Notes under the pieces: generated by a model
Told to the model about the DNA's origin: nothing
Databases searched by the model: none
What the model saw: the letters and a program-made list of their open reading frames with translations, nothing else
In this document: one piece after another, positions 19,245 through 29,827 of the stretch
Layout of the letters: each line of letters opens with the position of its first letter
How positions within the stretch are numbered: the first letter of the stretch is position 1
Made by a program: the position numbers and the translations under genes
NCBI GenBank assembly: GCA_965214605.1
Contig: OZ243961.1
Coordinates: 4,000,001 to 4,064,000 of the forward strand
Reading direction: 5' to 3'
Length of the DNA stretch: 64,000 nt
From: an uncultured Candidatus Binatia bacterium
GTDB lineage: Bacteria; Desulfobacterota; Binatia; Bin18

Positions 19245-20498
19245 CTAGCGGCCGCGAGCCACTATCTTGTTGAGCTGAAAAAAATCGTCGGGTAAGGGTT
19301 GGTTGTAGACAACCTTGGATACCTCGGTCAGCGAGGCAAAGTTGTTCTGGTAGTCGATCATGGACTCACCGATCCAGATAGGGGAGCGGATCTGTTCATT
19401 GCCGGGGCTGAATTTTGGGTTGCCGTACAGCTCGAACAGGGTCTTGTGATGCGCCCCAGCCCGGTCATAGGCCAACATGTAGACCGGGACAAACATCTGG
19501 TGGTCAATATACAGGAGGCGTTTGCTGTACGGATGGTCGGCCGCTTTAGGGATGTTTTCAAGCACCCACATTTGACGCAGCTCCCACGGATCGACCGGAT
19601 ACCAGTTACCACGTCCGCCGAAGCTGGTGTTGGCGACTTTGGCGCCTGCCGGGGCGAGCATCAGGCGTGAGCCCAGCAGCTTCCAGGTGCTGGCGCCGAT
19701 GTAACCCGAGTAGCCAAAGAAGTCCTCGTTCAGAAAGCCCGAATCAAACGAGGCGTCTTCATGCTTAACAATCAGCTTACGAATCTTGCGGCTGGCCGGG
19801 GTGTATAACCAGTCCGCGTCCTTGGCGCTGTCCTTGGCGAAGCGGTGCTTGAGACTCATGGTATTTTTGAGATCAAAAGGAGTGATCATGTGAAAGAATT
19901 CTTTCTGTAACACTCCGTCTTTTTCCCACTGGTTGACTTCGGCCCGGGGCCGGTGCATACCCTGGGCCACGACATAATAGTTTTCAAACTCTCGATCCGC
20001 CTGGCCGGACTCGTTGATCAGACGAAAGGAATTCCACACCTGGATGTTATCGCCGAGGTCCCGGTGGCGCACATTCCAGGCCACCTTCTCCCCGGACTGT
20101 GGGTCGTCCGGGTCGAGCACAGGGAAGGGCAGGCCGGCGACATAGCCGCTTAGCTCGCCGTTAGCCTCAATCCGGACCTGTCCGGCGTACTGCCGGGTGG
20201 CGGCAATATACGCCTCACTGACCGGCAAATCGGTCGTTTCCTGGATGCTAAAGGAAAACTCGCCGGTTTTGATCTTGTCCAGGATTTCCACCGGCAGATA
20301 GTTCTGGGCGGCTTGCCACGAGTCTGCGGAGATGACCGTGCCCGGTTCCAAGCCGGCCAGGGCAGGCTTCTCTATGGCGTATAGATAAAAGGTCCGTTGG
20401 ATAAGCTCGTCATCAAATTCGGTCTGTTCAGCCACAGCCAGTTGCCACCCGCCACTCAACAATAGACCAACGAGGACTCCAAACCATACGTGTTTCAT
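19245..20498 (-). CDS. DUF1329 domain (LolA-like) exported protein
   Basis: Signal peptide, GLPFPVLDPDDPQSGEKVAWN, WLYTPASRKIRK, WELRQMWVLE, HPYSKRLLYID, AYDRAG. Confidence 0.8.
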   Translation of the reverse strand: MKHVWFGVLVGLLLSGGWQLAVAEQTEFDDELIQRTFYLYAIEKPALAGLEPGTVISADSWQAAQNYLPVEILDKIKTGEFSFSIQETTDLPVSEAYIAATRQYAGQVRIEANGELSGYVAGLPFPVLDPDDPQSGEKVAWNVRHRDLGDNIQVWNSFRLINESGQADREFENYYVVAQGMHRPRAEVNQWEKDGVLQKEFFHMITPFDLKNTMSLKHRFAKDSAKDADWLYTPASRKIRKLIVKHEDASFDSGFLNEDFFGYSGYIGASTWKLLGSRLMLAPAGAKVANTSFGGRGNWYPVDPWELRQMWVLENIPKAADHPYSKRLLYIDHQMFVPVYMLAYDRAGAHHKTLFELYGNPKFSPGNEQIRSPIWIGESMIDYQNNFASLTEVSKVVYNQPLPDDFFQLNKIVARGR

Positions 20499-20920
20499 TG
20501 CTCCCTCCTACTTGCAAACGATGCTCTTATATATCAGGCTCATGGGTCTGTCGCATCCCCACGCCATAGGCCGGCCGTTACACAGCCCCTCTCGCAGGAG
20601 CCCTCATGGCCACTGTTTTCTCAAAAATCAAAGGGGCGATAGCTCAGTTGTCTCCTGTCAGCAGACTGCCTACCAGCAAATTTTGTCTTCTTGCAAGACT
20701 CCAAGAATACGCTCTTCAGCCGAGAGAATCTAAGGTAGAGAAAGTGTTTAGTATGGGCTATCTTGCTGCGGGGAGATTCGTGCAGGACAGGAGAAACAAG
20801 TGGCTGCTGAGCAGGAATGTCAGCGGTTTCCTCGAAAGTGCCCGTCACAGCGGGGCGGGAAGCTCTCGAACTTCACTAGGTTCATGGCGATGACCGGAGG
20901 GGGCCACGAGTACGCTCTGT

Positions 20921-21130
20921 AAGGTTGTGGGGCAGATGGTCAACGGTTGGGATACGAGTGTTTTGCCCAAAGGCGGCAATCTGGGCGAGACTCTCTGCAA
21001 GGACCAGCTTGCCGGATGCAGAGAGCCGCTGAAGCGGGAACTGACGCTCTACACCCCCTCGCGTCTGATCCTCTTTACGGGACCTGGAGGGGGCTGCCCA
21101 TTTCTGTGTAACTTTGCCCGCACCCCACAA
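20921..21130 (+). pseudogene. Remnant of a uracil-DNA-glycosylase-like protein
   Basis: VVGQMVNGW...PKGGN...LCKDQLAGCREPLKRELTLYTPSRLILFTG recalls UDG-like family motifs compressed by a deletion; no convincing start or RBS. Confidence 0.35.
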
Positions 21131-21339
21131 GAGGTCGCCGGATTCCGTTCCGCCGAGGAATGTGGAGAGCTCAGCATCGCTCCCGGTAAGCAGCAAATCC
21201 AGCCCCGGTGTTGCGTGTCACCCCGGTATACACTGCGTGTAACCATCCATATTCCAGCGGACGACGCCTCGCCGCTACCGCTGAACCGGAGGGGGCTAGT
21301 TAAATCTTCAGCTACACTGACTGATTAAGGAGGCAGATC

Positions 21340-23031
21340 ATGGGATATGACCTGGTAATTAAAAACGCGCAGATTTGCGATGGCGTCGGGACTCCGGTGT
21401 ACGGGGGGTCGCTGGCAGTCGCCGACGGAAAAATCATAGAGGTTGGCAAGATATCCGGCCCCGCCAGGCGTGAGATCAACGCCGATGGGCTTGTCCTTGC
21501 GCCCGGCTTTATTGACATCCACACCCATTACGACGCTCAAATTTCGTGGGACCCTCTGCTGACTAGCTCCTGTTGGCACGGCGTCACCTCGGTGCTGATG
21601 GGCAACTGCGGCGTGGGGGTAGCGCCGTGCCGCCCGGCCGAACGTGAGGTCATGGCCTGGGATTTGGTCAATGTCGAGGCTATGCCCTACGACGTGTTGA
21701 TGAATGGGGTATCGTGGGAGTGGGAGAGTTTTCCCGAGTACATGGACGCCGTTGCTCGGCGTGGCATCGGCATTAACGCCGGATTCTTAGTCCCCCTGTC
21801 GGCTCTGCGCTTTTACGTCATGGGGGAAGCCGCATCCGAGCGGGCGGCTAATACGGACGAAATTGAGCGGATGACACAGCTCTTTCGCCAGGCTATGCAG
21901 GCCGGGGCCTACGGATTCTCCTTAAGCCTGATCCCGCGTCACATCGGCTATCAGGGGAAGCCGCTGTCCAGCCGCTTGACTAGTAAAGCCGAACTGAGCG
22001 CTCTGGGCCGGGTGATGCGAGAGCTGAAAAAAGGGGTGATTGAAGCGGCCCTGCTGCGTCAAGCCGGCGAACTCGGGGACGAAGAACTCGACCTGCTCCT
22101 CCACATGGCCAACGAGAGCCAGCGGCCGGTCACCTGGCTTGCCCTGATCCACATGCCAGACCTGCCCGGCGCGTGTGAGCGTATTCATGCCCGGGTGCAG
22201 CCGTTTCTGGAGCAAGGGCTACGCATCCCTCCCCAGGTCAATCCGCGTCCGATCTCGCAGTACTACAGCCTGCGTAACCCGTTTCTGTTTTCCGAGCTGC
22301 CGTCATGGAGGGGTGCGTTTAATCGGACCGTTGAGGAGCAGCTGGCGCTGTATCGTTCGACGGAATTTCGCCACGCGTTTCGCGACGACATTGCGTCCGG
22401 TCGGGGGCTGCTGTTTCGCGGCCAGTGGGATCGTCTGCACGTGACCCGGGTAGAAACCGAACGCAACAAAGCGTTGCTGAACACCAGCCTGGCCGATCTG
22501 GCTGCACGGCTGGACAAAGATCCGGTCGATGTGCTCATGGATCTGGCTGTTGACGAGAGGACTGAGCTGGGAGTGACGGTGTCGATTATCAACTCTGACC
22601 AGAAAGCGGTCGGCGAGATTATGAATTTGCCCAATGTCCTGATTGGGCTGTCGGACGCTGGTGCTCATGTGGACCAACACTGCGAAGCCGGGGTGCCCAC
22701 CTATATCCTGGGCGAGTGGGTGCGCAAGCGGCAATTCCTGAGCCTCGAAGAAGGCGTGCGCCGGGTGACCTCCGAGCTGGCCGACTTCTTGGACCTCACA
22801 ACAAAGGGCCGGCTTTCCCCAGGCCTGGACGCTGACCTAGTCCTGTTTGATCCGACCACGGTCGGAACCTGTCCGGGCGAATGGGTCAACGATCTGCCAC
22901 AGGGCAAGCCCCGGCTCATTGAGCGGGCCAAGGGAGTTGTCTATACTATCGTCAGCGGTCAGGTGTTATTTGCACACAACGAGTACCAGGGCGGCTTACC
23001 GGGACACGTGGTGAAGAGTGTGGCGGGCTGA
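21340..23031 (+). CDS. Amidohydrolase, N-acyl-D-amino-acid deacylase family (paralog of 14343-16022)
   Basis: AAGGAGG RBS; PGFIDIHTHYDAQISWDP, HGVTSVLMGNCGVG, GLSDAGAHV. Confidence 0.9.
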   Translation: MGYDLVIKNAQICDGVGTPVYGGSLAVADGKIIEVGKISGPARREINADGLVLAPGFIDIHTHYDAQISWDPLLTSSCWHGVTSVLMGNCGVGVAPCRPAEREVMAWDLVNVEAMPYDVLMNGVSWEWESFPEYMDAVARRGIGINAGFLVPLSALRFYVMGEAASERAANTDEIERMTQLFRQAMQAGAYGFSLSLIPRHIGYQGKPLSSRLTSKAELSALGRVMRELKKGVIEAALLRQAGELGDEELDLLLHMANESQRPVTWLALIHMPDLPGACERIHARVQPFLEQGLRIPPQVNPRPISQYYSLRNPFLFSELPSWRGAFNRTVEEQLALYRSTEFRHAFRDDIASGRGLLFRGQWDRLHVTRVETERNKALLNTSLADLAARLDKDPVDVLMDLAVDERTELGVTVSIINSDQKAVGEIMNLPNVLIGLSDAGAHVDQHCEAGVPTYILGEWVRKRQFLSLEEGVRRVTSELADFLDLTTKGRLSPGLDADLVLFDPTTVGTCPGEWVNDLPQGKPRLIERAKGVVYTIVSGQVLFAHNEYQGGLPGHVVKSVAG

Positions 23032-23148
23032 CGAGGGAGCACGGAGTGCCACACTCTCTTTCTTTTTCTACATGCGCTCGGCTACTAGTGTAGGGCTTCT
23101 GAAGACGAGCGTCAGACGATTGCGACTACCAGAAGGAGGACATGGAGT

Positions 23149-24246
23149 ATGACAACACGACCTGATTCGCCGATGCAGATCGGTATGGCTGCGATCTGCC
23201 AAAACCCGGCTCAGAAAATCTCGGACTATGAGGTCTATAAAAATGAGATTCGGCTGGCCGATTTGGCAGAGCCGCTTGGCTTTGATTCAATTTGGAGCGT
23301 TGAGCACCACTTTACCGATTACACCATGGTGCCCGATGTTCTTCAGTTCCTGACCTATATGGCTGGCCGGACTAAGACGGTCAGACTAGGCTCGATGGTC
23401 GTCGTTCTGCCCTGGCATGACCCGATGCGGGCGGCAGAAGAAATCTCGATGCTGGACGATCTGTGCGACGGGCGGCTGATTCTGGGGCTTGGCCGCGGCG
23501 CCGGTCAGGTTGAATTCGAGGGCTTTCGGGTCGATATGGGCGAGTCCCGCGCACGCTTTATCGAGGCCGCCGATATGGTCCTGACCGGACTCGAACAGGG
23601 CTACTGTGAGTATGAGGGCAAATACTATACACAGCCCAAGAAAGATATCCGCCCCAAGCCGTTCAAATCCTTTAAGGGCCGGACGTATGCTGCCGCAGTC
23701 TCGCCCGAGTCGTCCGAGATCATGGCCCGTCTCGGTGTCGGTATTCTGATTATTCCCCAGAAGCCGTGGGAAGATGTGGCGGTTGAGCTGGAGATGTATC
23801 GAACCATCTACCGTGAGACCAACGGGTCTGAAGCACCGGCGCCGATCGCTGGCGGCTGGGTCTTCTGCGATAAAGATGCTGGCCGAGCTGAAGAGATGGC
23901 CCGGCGCTACATCGGGGCCTACTGGCAGTCGGCCATGAAGCACTACAATTTTGGTGGCGATCATTTCGCCAAAACCAAGGGCTACGAGTACTACGGCAAG
24001 ATGGCTGAGTCGATGGGCAGTGTTGAAGGCGTGACTGACTTTTTCCTCAATCTCCAGGTGTGGGGTACGCCAGACCAGTGTTTTGACAAAGTTATGGAGA
24101 TCCGCTCCAAAATCGGCTGCAATGCCTTCACCGGTGTCTTTAGCTACGGCGGCATGCCGTACGAAGATAGCGAACAGAGCATGCGTTTGTTCGCCAGCGA
24201 AGTGATGCCACGCTTGCAGCAGCTAGGGCAAAAAGCGGTTGCCTAA
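23149..24246 (+). CDS. LLM-class (luciferase-like) flavin-dependent oxidoreductase
   Basis: GFDSIWSVEHHF, RLGSMVVVLPWHDPMRAAEE, GRLILGLGRG, MRLFASEVMP. Confidence 0.9.
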   Translation: MTTRPDSPMQIGMAAICQNPAQKISDYEVYKNEIRLADLAEPLGFDSIWSVEHHFTDYTMVPDVLQFLTYMAGRTKTVRLGSMVVVLPWHDPMRAAEEISMLDDLCDGRLILGLGRGAGQVEFEGFRVDMGESRARFIEAADMVLTGLEQGYCEYEGKYYTQPKKDIRPKPFKSFKGRTYAAAVSPESSEIMARLGVGILIIPQKPWEDVAVELEMYRTIYRETNGSEAPAPIAGGWVFCDKDAGRAEEMARRYIGAYWQSAMKHYNFGGDHFAKTKGYEYYGKMAESMGSVEGVTDFFLNLQVWGTPDQCFDKVMEIRSKIGCNAFTGVFSYGGMPYEDSEQSMRLFASEVMPRLQQLGQKAVA

Positions 24247-25523
24247 GCCCCCGTTTTTTGGTTGTCTGTCCCGTTCAGAAAATCCCCCTGCGCTTTGTGA
24301 CATGTGATGCAAATGAAGCGGAGACGCAGAGGGGAGGGGTCGCAGATACGCTAGGCACGCCGGACCTGTCCCAAAGAGGCGCGCCATGGTCCTCTCGGTC
24401 TTGGCCCACTTCTCTGATGACCCCCCCTGCCATCGTGGACGACCTCTCCCAACCGTATGCGACCCCGGTCAAGCCGATGCGACTGAGGTTACGGCCCACG
24501 GTTTCGGACAACGCCGTGCTGATGCTGTCCGTGTGATGGTGGGAGCGGTCGGAGCTGCTGTACGTGCAGGCACCCCGGCGGGCCTATTTCTCGTGTGTGC
24601 TCAGGCAAAGTACCTCTCACCGGCGCTGCCGGGACCTGACGGGGGGGTGGCTTTGGTCCCCACTCGCGGTGCAGGAGCTGCGAGCGGTCACGACCGAAGT
24701 GAGTGTAGCAGTGTCCTTGCTGTAGCGCCGTTAGGCGGCGCGAGCGGTTGTTGACTGACGAAGCGACCTTCGGCGAGGGGGACAGCAACAAGGCCATGGG
24801 CGTGGTCACCGGCTTCATGCTCGTCCCGGCAAGCATGGCCGATTGCTGGAGGGCTGGTGTCTTGCTGTGCTGGCGGGTGGAGCGGCACGCGCTTCCTCCT
24901 TGAGTTGGCCGAGACTCACCGGCGCTGATTAACGGTACGCTGTCTCTCGCCAATGAGGGCTTCTTTGGAACGCGGCGGCAACAACTTTGGAGTCAGTGCG
25001 ATGGCGCTCCCCTTGTCGCGCCCCAATCGGGGTCCTCAGGCTGGGGTGGCCAAGCACTCGCATCTGCACTGGCACCAGTAGGTGGAGACGACCGAGCGGG
25101 CAGTCTGATGCAGCCTCTCGGCTTGCACTTTGCCTGGGGCGCGTGACAAACTGGGCCTTCTAGTGAGGATCGCGTCTAAGCTGCACTGAGTGTGGGGAGG
25201 GGACTCAATCGGCTCTTCGGGCGCTCCACTTTAACCTCGACACCCTCATTTCTGCAAGCAACAAAGACTATGGTTTAGCCAGTGAGAGTTGACAAGGATC
25301 AGCTCTGCACTCGCCTGAGAAGAGCCTGGAGCGTTTGCCAGGGATTACCAGAGAAGGTTTCACCGTTTGCTGGGTGGAGTCTAACTCTCTCTCCCTTAAC
25401 TCACCGAGCCTGAAAAAAGATAAATTTCCCCTCCACCCCTTCCCGTCTCTGATGAGGGGCTCTCAAAGACTCTGGGCAGTCGGGCAGGAGTGCGCTATGT
25501 TCTCAGTCTGAAAGGGGAGAGGC

Positions 25524-25810
25524 GTGCCTTTTGTCGAAAAGGGGACCCACATGTATTACGAGGTCCATAGACGGAGCCTGGCTATGACCTCGGCCCATCC
25601 CGGACTCCAGAGTCACCCGAGTTGGTGGCAGCAGGTGTTTGCTGAGTCGTTGACGTGGAATCACCATGGGCTGACGCGTGACCCGCCCGGAGAGACCCCG
25701 ACGCACATGCCTACTCCACAGGAGACCTGCCAGGCTTGCTGAATCACCGAGATTCTTGAGAGAGCCACGTTGGTCGGCCAGCCGGTGGGCGGCTGGGATC
25801 TCAAAATAAT
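25524..25810 (+). pseudogene. Alpha/beta-hydrolase 5' remnant
   Basis: RBS and MPFVEKGTHMYYEVH...SWWQQV; after frameshifts DLPGLLNH/EILERATLVGQPVGGW, a decayed GxSxGG elbow; truncated before the acyl-CoA dehydrogenase. Confidence 0.6.
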
Positions 25811-25842
25811 GAGACATAACACACGGCAGATGAGGAGAGACC

Positions 25843-27033
25843 ATGGACTTTCAATACACGCCTGAGCAAGAGGCGTTTCGACTGCGGGTGCGGAGTTGGC
25901 TGGCCGAGCATCTGCCGCCCGAGCTGAAGGTCGAAGACGCGATGGATGAGCGGGTGGCACCAAACCGCGAGATTTTTGACAAACGCATGGTCTGGCATAA
26001 AAAGCTCTACCAAGCTGGCTGGATCGGCCTGGCTTGGCCCAAAGAGTACGGTGGTCGGGGCGCCGACCTGATGGAGCAGATTATTTACAATGAAGAGTAC
26101 GCCCATGCTCGGGCGCCAATTCTACCAGGCTATGTGGGCCTCGGGCTGGCCGGTCCGACCATTGCCCAATGGGGCACCGAAGAACAGAAACAAGACTTTT
26201 TGCCGCGGATTTTGAAAGGCGAACTGGTCTGGTGTCAGGGCTACTCTGAGCCAGGCTCGGGCTCTGACCTGGCCAGTTTACAGACCAGGGCTGTTGAGGA
26301 CGGCGATGACTTTATTGTCAACGGCCAAAAAGTGTGGACCTCGGGCGCTCAGTATGCCGACTGGATGGTGTTGCTGGCTCGCACCGACCCGGAGGCGCCC
26401 AAGCATAAGGGCATCAGTTATTTCCTGCTGGATATGAAAACACCGGGCGTAAGCGTCCGGCCGCTGGTGTTGATGAACGGCCATAGCCATTTTAACGAGG
26501 TGTTCTTTGAGGACGTGCGTATGCCTAGGGCCAACCTGCTGGGACCCGAAAACGAGGGCTGGAAGGTTGCCATCACGACCCTGATGTTTGAGCGTAGCGC
26601 GGCCAGCGGAGGCGGGGGCGGGTCGCAGATCCGACGTTTGGCCGAGCTGGCTAAACGGGTCGAAATAGACGGCAACCCCGCCTGGCAGCAAACCTGGGTC
26701 CGCCAGCGCTTGGCCGCGTTTGAGATTGAAAAAGAAGCCCTGAAATACACCCGCCTGCGCAGTCTGACCCGTCAGCTCAAGGGCCAGCCGCCTGGGCCGG
26801 AAGGTTCGATCTTAAAACTGGCCAGTTCTGAACTCGGCGTGCGCATTGGCGCCTTTGTGAGTGAGTTGTTGGGACCCTACGCCCTGCTTGAGGCTAAGAC
26901 CGACGTCGTACCCGACGCCCCACGCTGGCTCAACCGCGTGCTGAGCGCCCGCCAGTATACGATTGCCGGTGGTACCAGCGAGATTCAGCACAATATTATT
27001 GGTGAGCGGGTGTTAGGTTTACCAAAGGGCTAA
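25843..27033 (+). CDS. Acyl-CoA dehydrogenase
   Basis: WCQGYSEPGSGSDLASL, NGQKVWTS, FNEVFFEDVR, TIAGGTSEIQHNIIGERVLGLPK. Confidence 0.95.
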   Translation: MDFQYTPEQEAFRLRVRSWLAEHLPPELKVEDAMDERVAPNREIFDKRMVWHKKLYQAGWIGLAWPKEYGGRGADLMEQIIYNEEYAHARAPILPGYVGLGLAGPTIAQWGTEEQKQDFLPRILKGELVWCQGYSEPGSGSDLASLQTRAVEDGDDFIVNGQKVWTSGAQYADWMVLLARTDPEAPKHKGISYFLLDMKTPGVSVRPLVLMNGHSHFNEVFFEDVRMPRANLLGPENEGWKVAITTLMFERSAASGGGGGSQIRRLAELAKRVEIDGNPAWQQTWVRQRLAAFEIEKEALKYTRLRSLTRQLKGQPPGPEGSILKLASSELGVRIGAFVSELLGPYALLEAKTDVVPDAPRWLNRVLSARQYTIAGGTSEIQHNIIGERVLGLPKG

Positions 27034-27149
27034 CGGCCACGCGCGTTTCCTACACCTGCGCTCTTTTCCCTGGTGGGATGGATATGCCATAGATCAGCGG
27101 CTAGCAAGAATAGGCAGAACGGCAGACGAGACATTCAGGAGGGTAAAGC

Positions 27150-27917
27150 ATGGATGTAAAACAAGCGACCGATATTTTGTGGCAGTCGATGCAGCAGGGT
27201 GATCACGCGCCGAAAGCGCTCAGAAAGACACTCTCGTTGAGTGATGCCTACCAGGTACAGCTCGGGATTTTGGATCGTCTGCTGGCCGCTGGAGAGAAGC
27301 TGAGCGGCTGGAAGATTGGCGGTACCTCGGACGCCGCCCGCCAAATGCTCAAGCTGACTGAGCCGGTCCGAGGTTACTTGTTGGCCAAGAACCACTACGC
27401 GAGTGGACACACGTTTGAGCACGCCGCGCTAGGTAAACCAGTGATCGAATCGGAGCTGTGCCTCATGATCGGAAAAGACCTGAAGGGACCGGACGTGACT
27501 AGGCAACAGGTGGTTGAGGCGGTGTCGGCGATCAGCCCGGCTTTTGAACTGGTCCAGATGCGTAGCGATATCGCGTCTGATTTGCCCTTGGGGGTGGCTG
27601 ATGATGTCGCCCAGTGGGGGGTTGTGCTGGGAACGGCCGTGTCTCCCTATCCGCAGGATTTGGATCTGGGCGGTATTAGTATTGAGATGAAGAAAAACGG
27701 AGAAGTAGTCCAGCAGGCGCTTGGCCGCGAGGTGATTGATGACCAGCTTGACGCGCTGGCCTGGTTGGCCAATCGGCTTGCCGAACATGGTAGAACTTTA
27801 GAGGCGGGGCAGTGCGTCATGACCGGCTCGTGCACCAGACCGGCACCGATTGCTCAGGGTGATACGTGGCAGACGACGTTTTCATCGGTTGGCACAGTGA
27901 CGGCCACATTTGTCTAA
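27150..27917 (+). CDS. 2-keto-4-pentenoate hydratase-like protein (FAH superfamily)
   Basis: DAYQVQ, GWKIGGTS, IESEL, LAWLANRL, LEAGQCVMTGS. Confidence 0.85.
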   Translation: MDVKQATDILWQSMQQGDHAPKALRKTLSLSDAYQVQLGILDRLLAAGEKLSGWKIGGTSDAARQMLKLTEPVRGYLLAKNHYASGHTFEHAALGKPVIESELCLMIGKDLKGPDVTRQQVVEAVSAISPAFELVQMRSDIASDLPLGVADDVAQWGVVLGTAVSPYPQDLDLGGISIEMKKNGEVVQQALGREVIDDQLDALAWLANRLAEHGRTLEAGQCVMTGSCTRPAPIAQGDTWQTTFSSVGTVTATFV

Positions 27918-28927
27918 ATGATGCATGCTGAACGGAGGACTGTGGAAGGGAAGGAGCAGCGAAATGCCCGGAGTCAGAACTCGGCATTGATACGGCTCCA
28001 AGCCTCCTCTTCACTAGACGTAAGAAGAATGTCGGCGTGGTCCCGGGAGATGAACTCTCCCTTCGGATTCCAGTCGTGAACAAGCGTACCGAGGGGTGCT
28101 GCAAGGGATCGAGCATCGAGTACCATTTTTCCCCCTTGTGACTCTTGCCGTGCCACGGTGGAGTGGGGTGTGCCACAGCTAAGTCTGAGGTGATGCGGTC
28201 AGCTAGGTTCCGCTCCTCCTCACTCCCCGCTCGCCGTTGGTCTTCCCCCCTGGTCCTACAGAATCGCAATACCGGTCACAGAAACGGCGTACTCCCATAT
28301 TGAGGTGGCCTGGGGTCTGGTCAAGGCTATTGAACTCCACCCGTAGGAAGGGCTACCCCTTTTGGGAGCGACTTCAGACACCTTAGACTCGACGGTTTTG
28401 AGGGCGGTGTGGTCCGCCCGTCCAACATTCGTGGCCGAGTCTGTCGAACCCTGCTGCACCATAGCGACTCTGGCACTGATAAGACTTTCTCGTCAGCGAT
28501 CGACCGTATCCTGTTTCTCAATGATGATCACGACCACGACATCGCGCAGGGCCGGCACGGAGTCCGGTCTTTAGGCGGGGACCCTGTATCGCTAAAACGG
28601 CGGAGGGCAACCCCACAGGCCTCTCTGTCCTCAGGAGGGGCGGCCCGGACAGGAGGGACACCTTCTTGCACCTCTTTCGAGCGCTCAACACTCGGCACCC
28701 AGAACGTTCTGAAACCCTGAGCCTAGTCGGCTCGTTGAGCGAGAAAGATCCGGGGGATTGAGTGACTTTGATTTTGCTGGACGGACCGTGTCAATGCATC
28801 AGATCACACTTAGTGACAAACTCGCCTTAGTCGCATCAGGACCCCCTGGGCCGGGCGTCGTGACAACGGCTGACTGTGTCGTATGGCTGTAGATGTCGAT
28901 GATACTGAGAGACTGCGCAAACGGTCT

Positions 28928-29725
28928 TCAATCCCCCAACGCTCCGCCATTATTCTGAATAGTAAAACCACCGTCCACCACTACCGCCGCCCCGTTGATG
29001 TACGAGGCCGCGGGTAGAACCAAGCTGAGGGTCATCTGGGCAACCTCCTCCGGGTCACCATAACGCTTGAGGGGGACACGTCGGCGAGCGAAAGTCCGTT
29101 TGGCAGTGTCTGCAATAGAGGCGGTGAGTCCGGTGTGAATGGCACCCGGACAGATACAGTTGACGGTCACGCCTTGATTGCCCAACTCAACGGCTAAGGC
29201 CCGAGTGAGACCGATCACCCCGTGTTTGGCGGCCGTATATGGGCTGGCATAGGCGCTGCCGCCGACGCCCTCGGTCGAGGCGATATTGACAATCCGCCCG
29301 GCCCCATTTTTTGAGAGGTAGGGGAGGGCGGCACGAATGAGACGGTGGTGAGCGGCCAAATTCACCTGAAAGCAGCGTTCCCAAACGTCTTCGTAGCGGC
29401 TGCTTTTGATACGCACCCCGGCATCAATACCCGCGTTATTGACCAGGATGTCGAGTCCACCGAGATGCGCGGCAATTTCAGCAACGACCGGCGCAATTCG
29501 ACTGTCGTCCATCAGATCCATAGTCCAGCCCTCGGCCTTACCTCCGGCTTGGTTGATTTCTTGAACAACGCTCGACACCCCTTCGCCGTTCCGATCAAGA
29601 ACGGCGACCTGGGCTCCTTCGTCGGCAAACAGATAGGCGGTGGCGCGGCCCATGCCGCTGGCAGCTCCGGTCACCAGAGCGACTTTTCCAACAATAGATC
29701 GGCTAAGTTTGCTGAGTCGTGGCAT
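28928..29725 (-). CDS. Short-chain dehydrogenase/reductase
   Basis: TGAASGMG, NNAG, YTAAK catalytic YxxxK; AAAGGAGG RBS. Confidence 0.9.
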   Translation of the reverse strand: MPRLSKLSRSIVGKVALVTGAASGMGRATAYLFADEGAQVAVLDRNGEGVSSVVQEINQAGGKAEGWTMDLMDDSRIAPVVAEIAAHLGGLDILVNNAGIDAGVRIKSSRYEDVWERCFQVNLAAHHRLIRAALPYLSKNGAGRIVNIASTEGVGGSAYASPYTAAKHGVIGLTRALAVELGNQGVTVNCICPGAIHTGLTASIADTAKRTFARRRVPLKRYGDPEEVAQMTLSLVLPAASYINGAAVVVDGGFTIQNNGGALGD

Positions 29726-29827
29726 AGGTCCTCCTTTCTGGTCCCGGGATGGCCGCTCGACTTTGGAACCGCCGTCCCAGCGACGCATGAAGAATCCAGG
29801 CCGAGCAGACGGCATTCATCAGTATCG

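Noticed and set aside
24300-24950. Possible MFS C-terminal remnant (EATFGEGDSNKAMGVVTGFMLVP)
   Set aside because: Only one short, weakly matching segment.
25440-25515. CTGATGAG...GAAA hammerhead-like words
   Set aside because: No stem II closing directly onto GAAA and no supporting stems.
27950-28900. Long spacer with short ORFs
   Set aside because: No recognisable motif, repeat or RNA structure.
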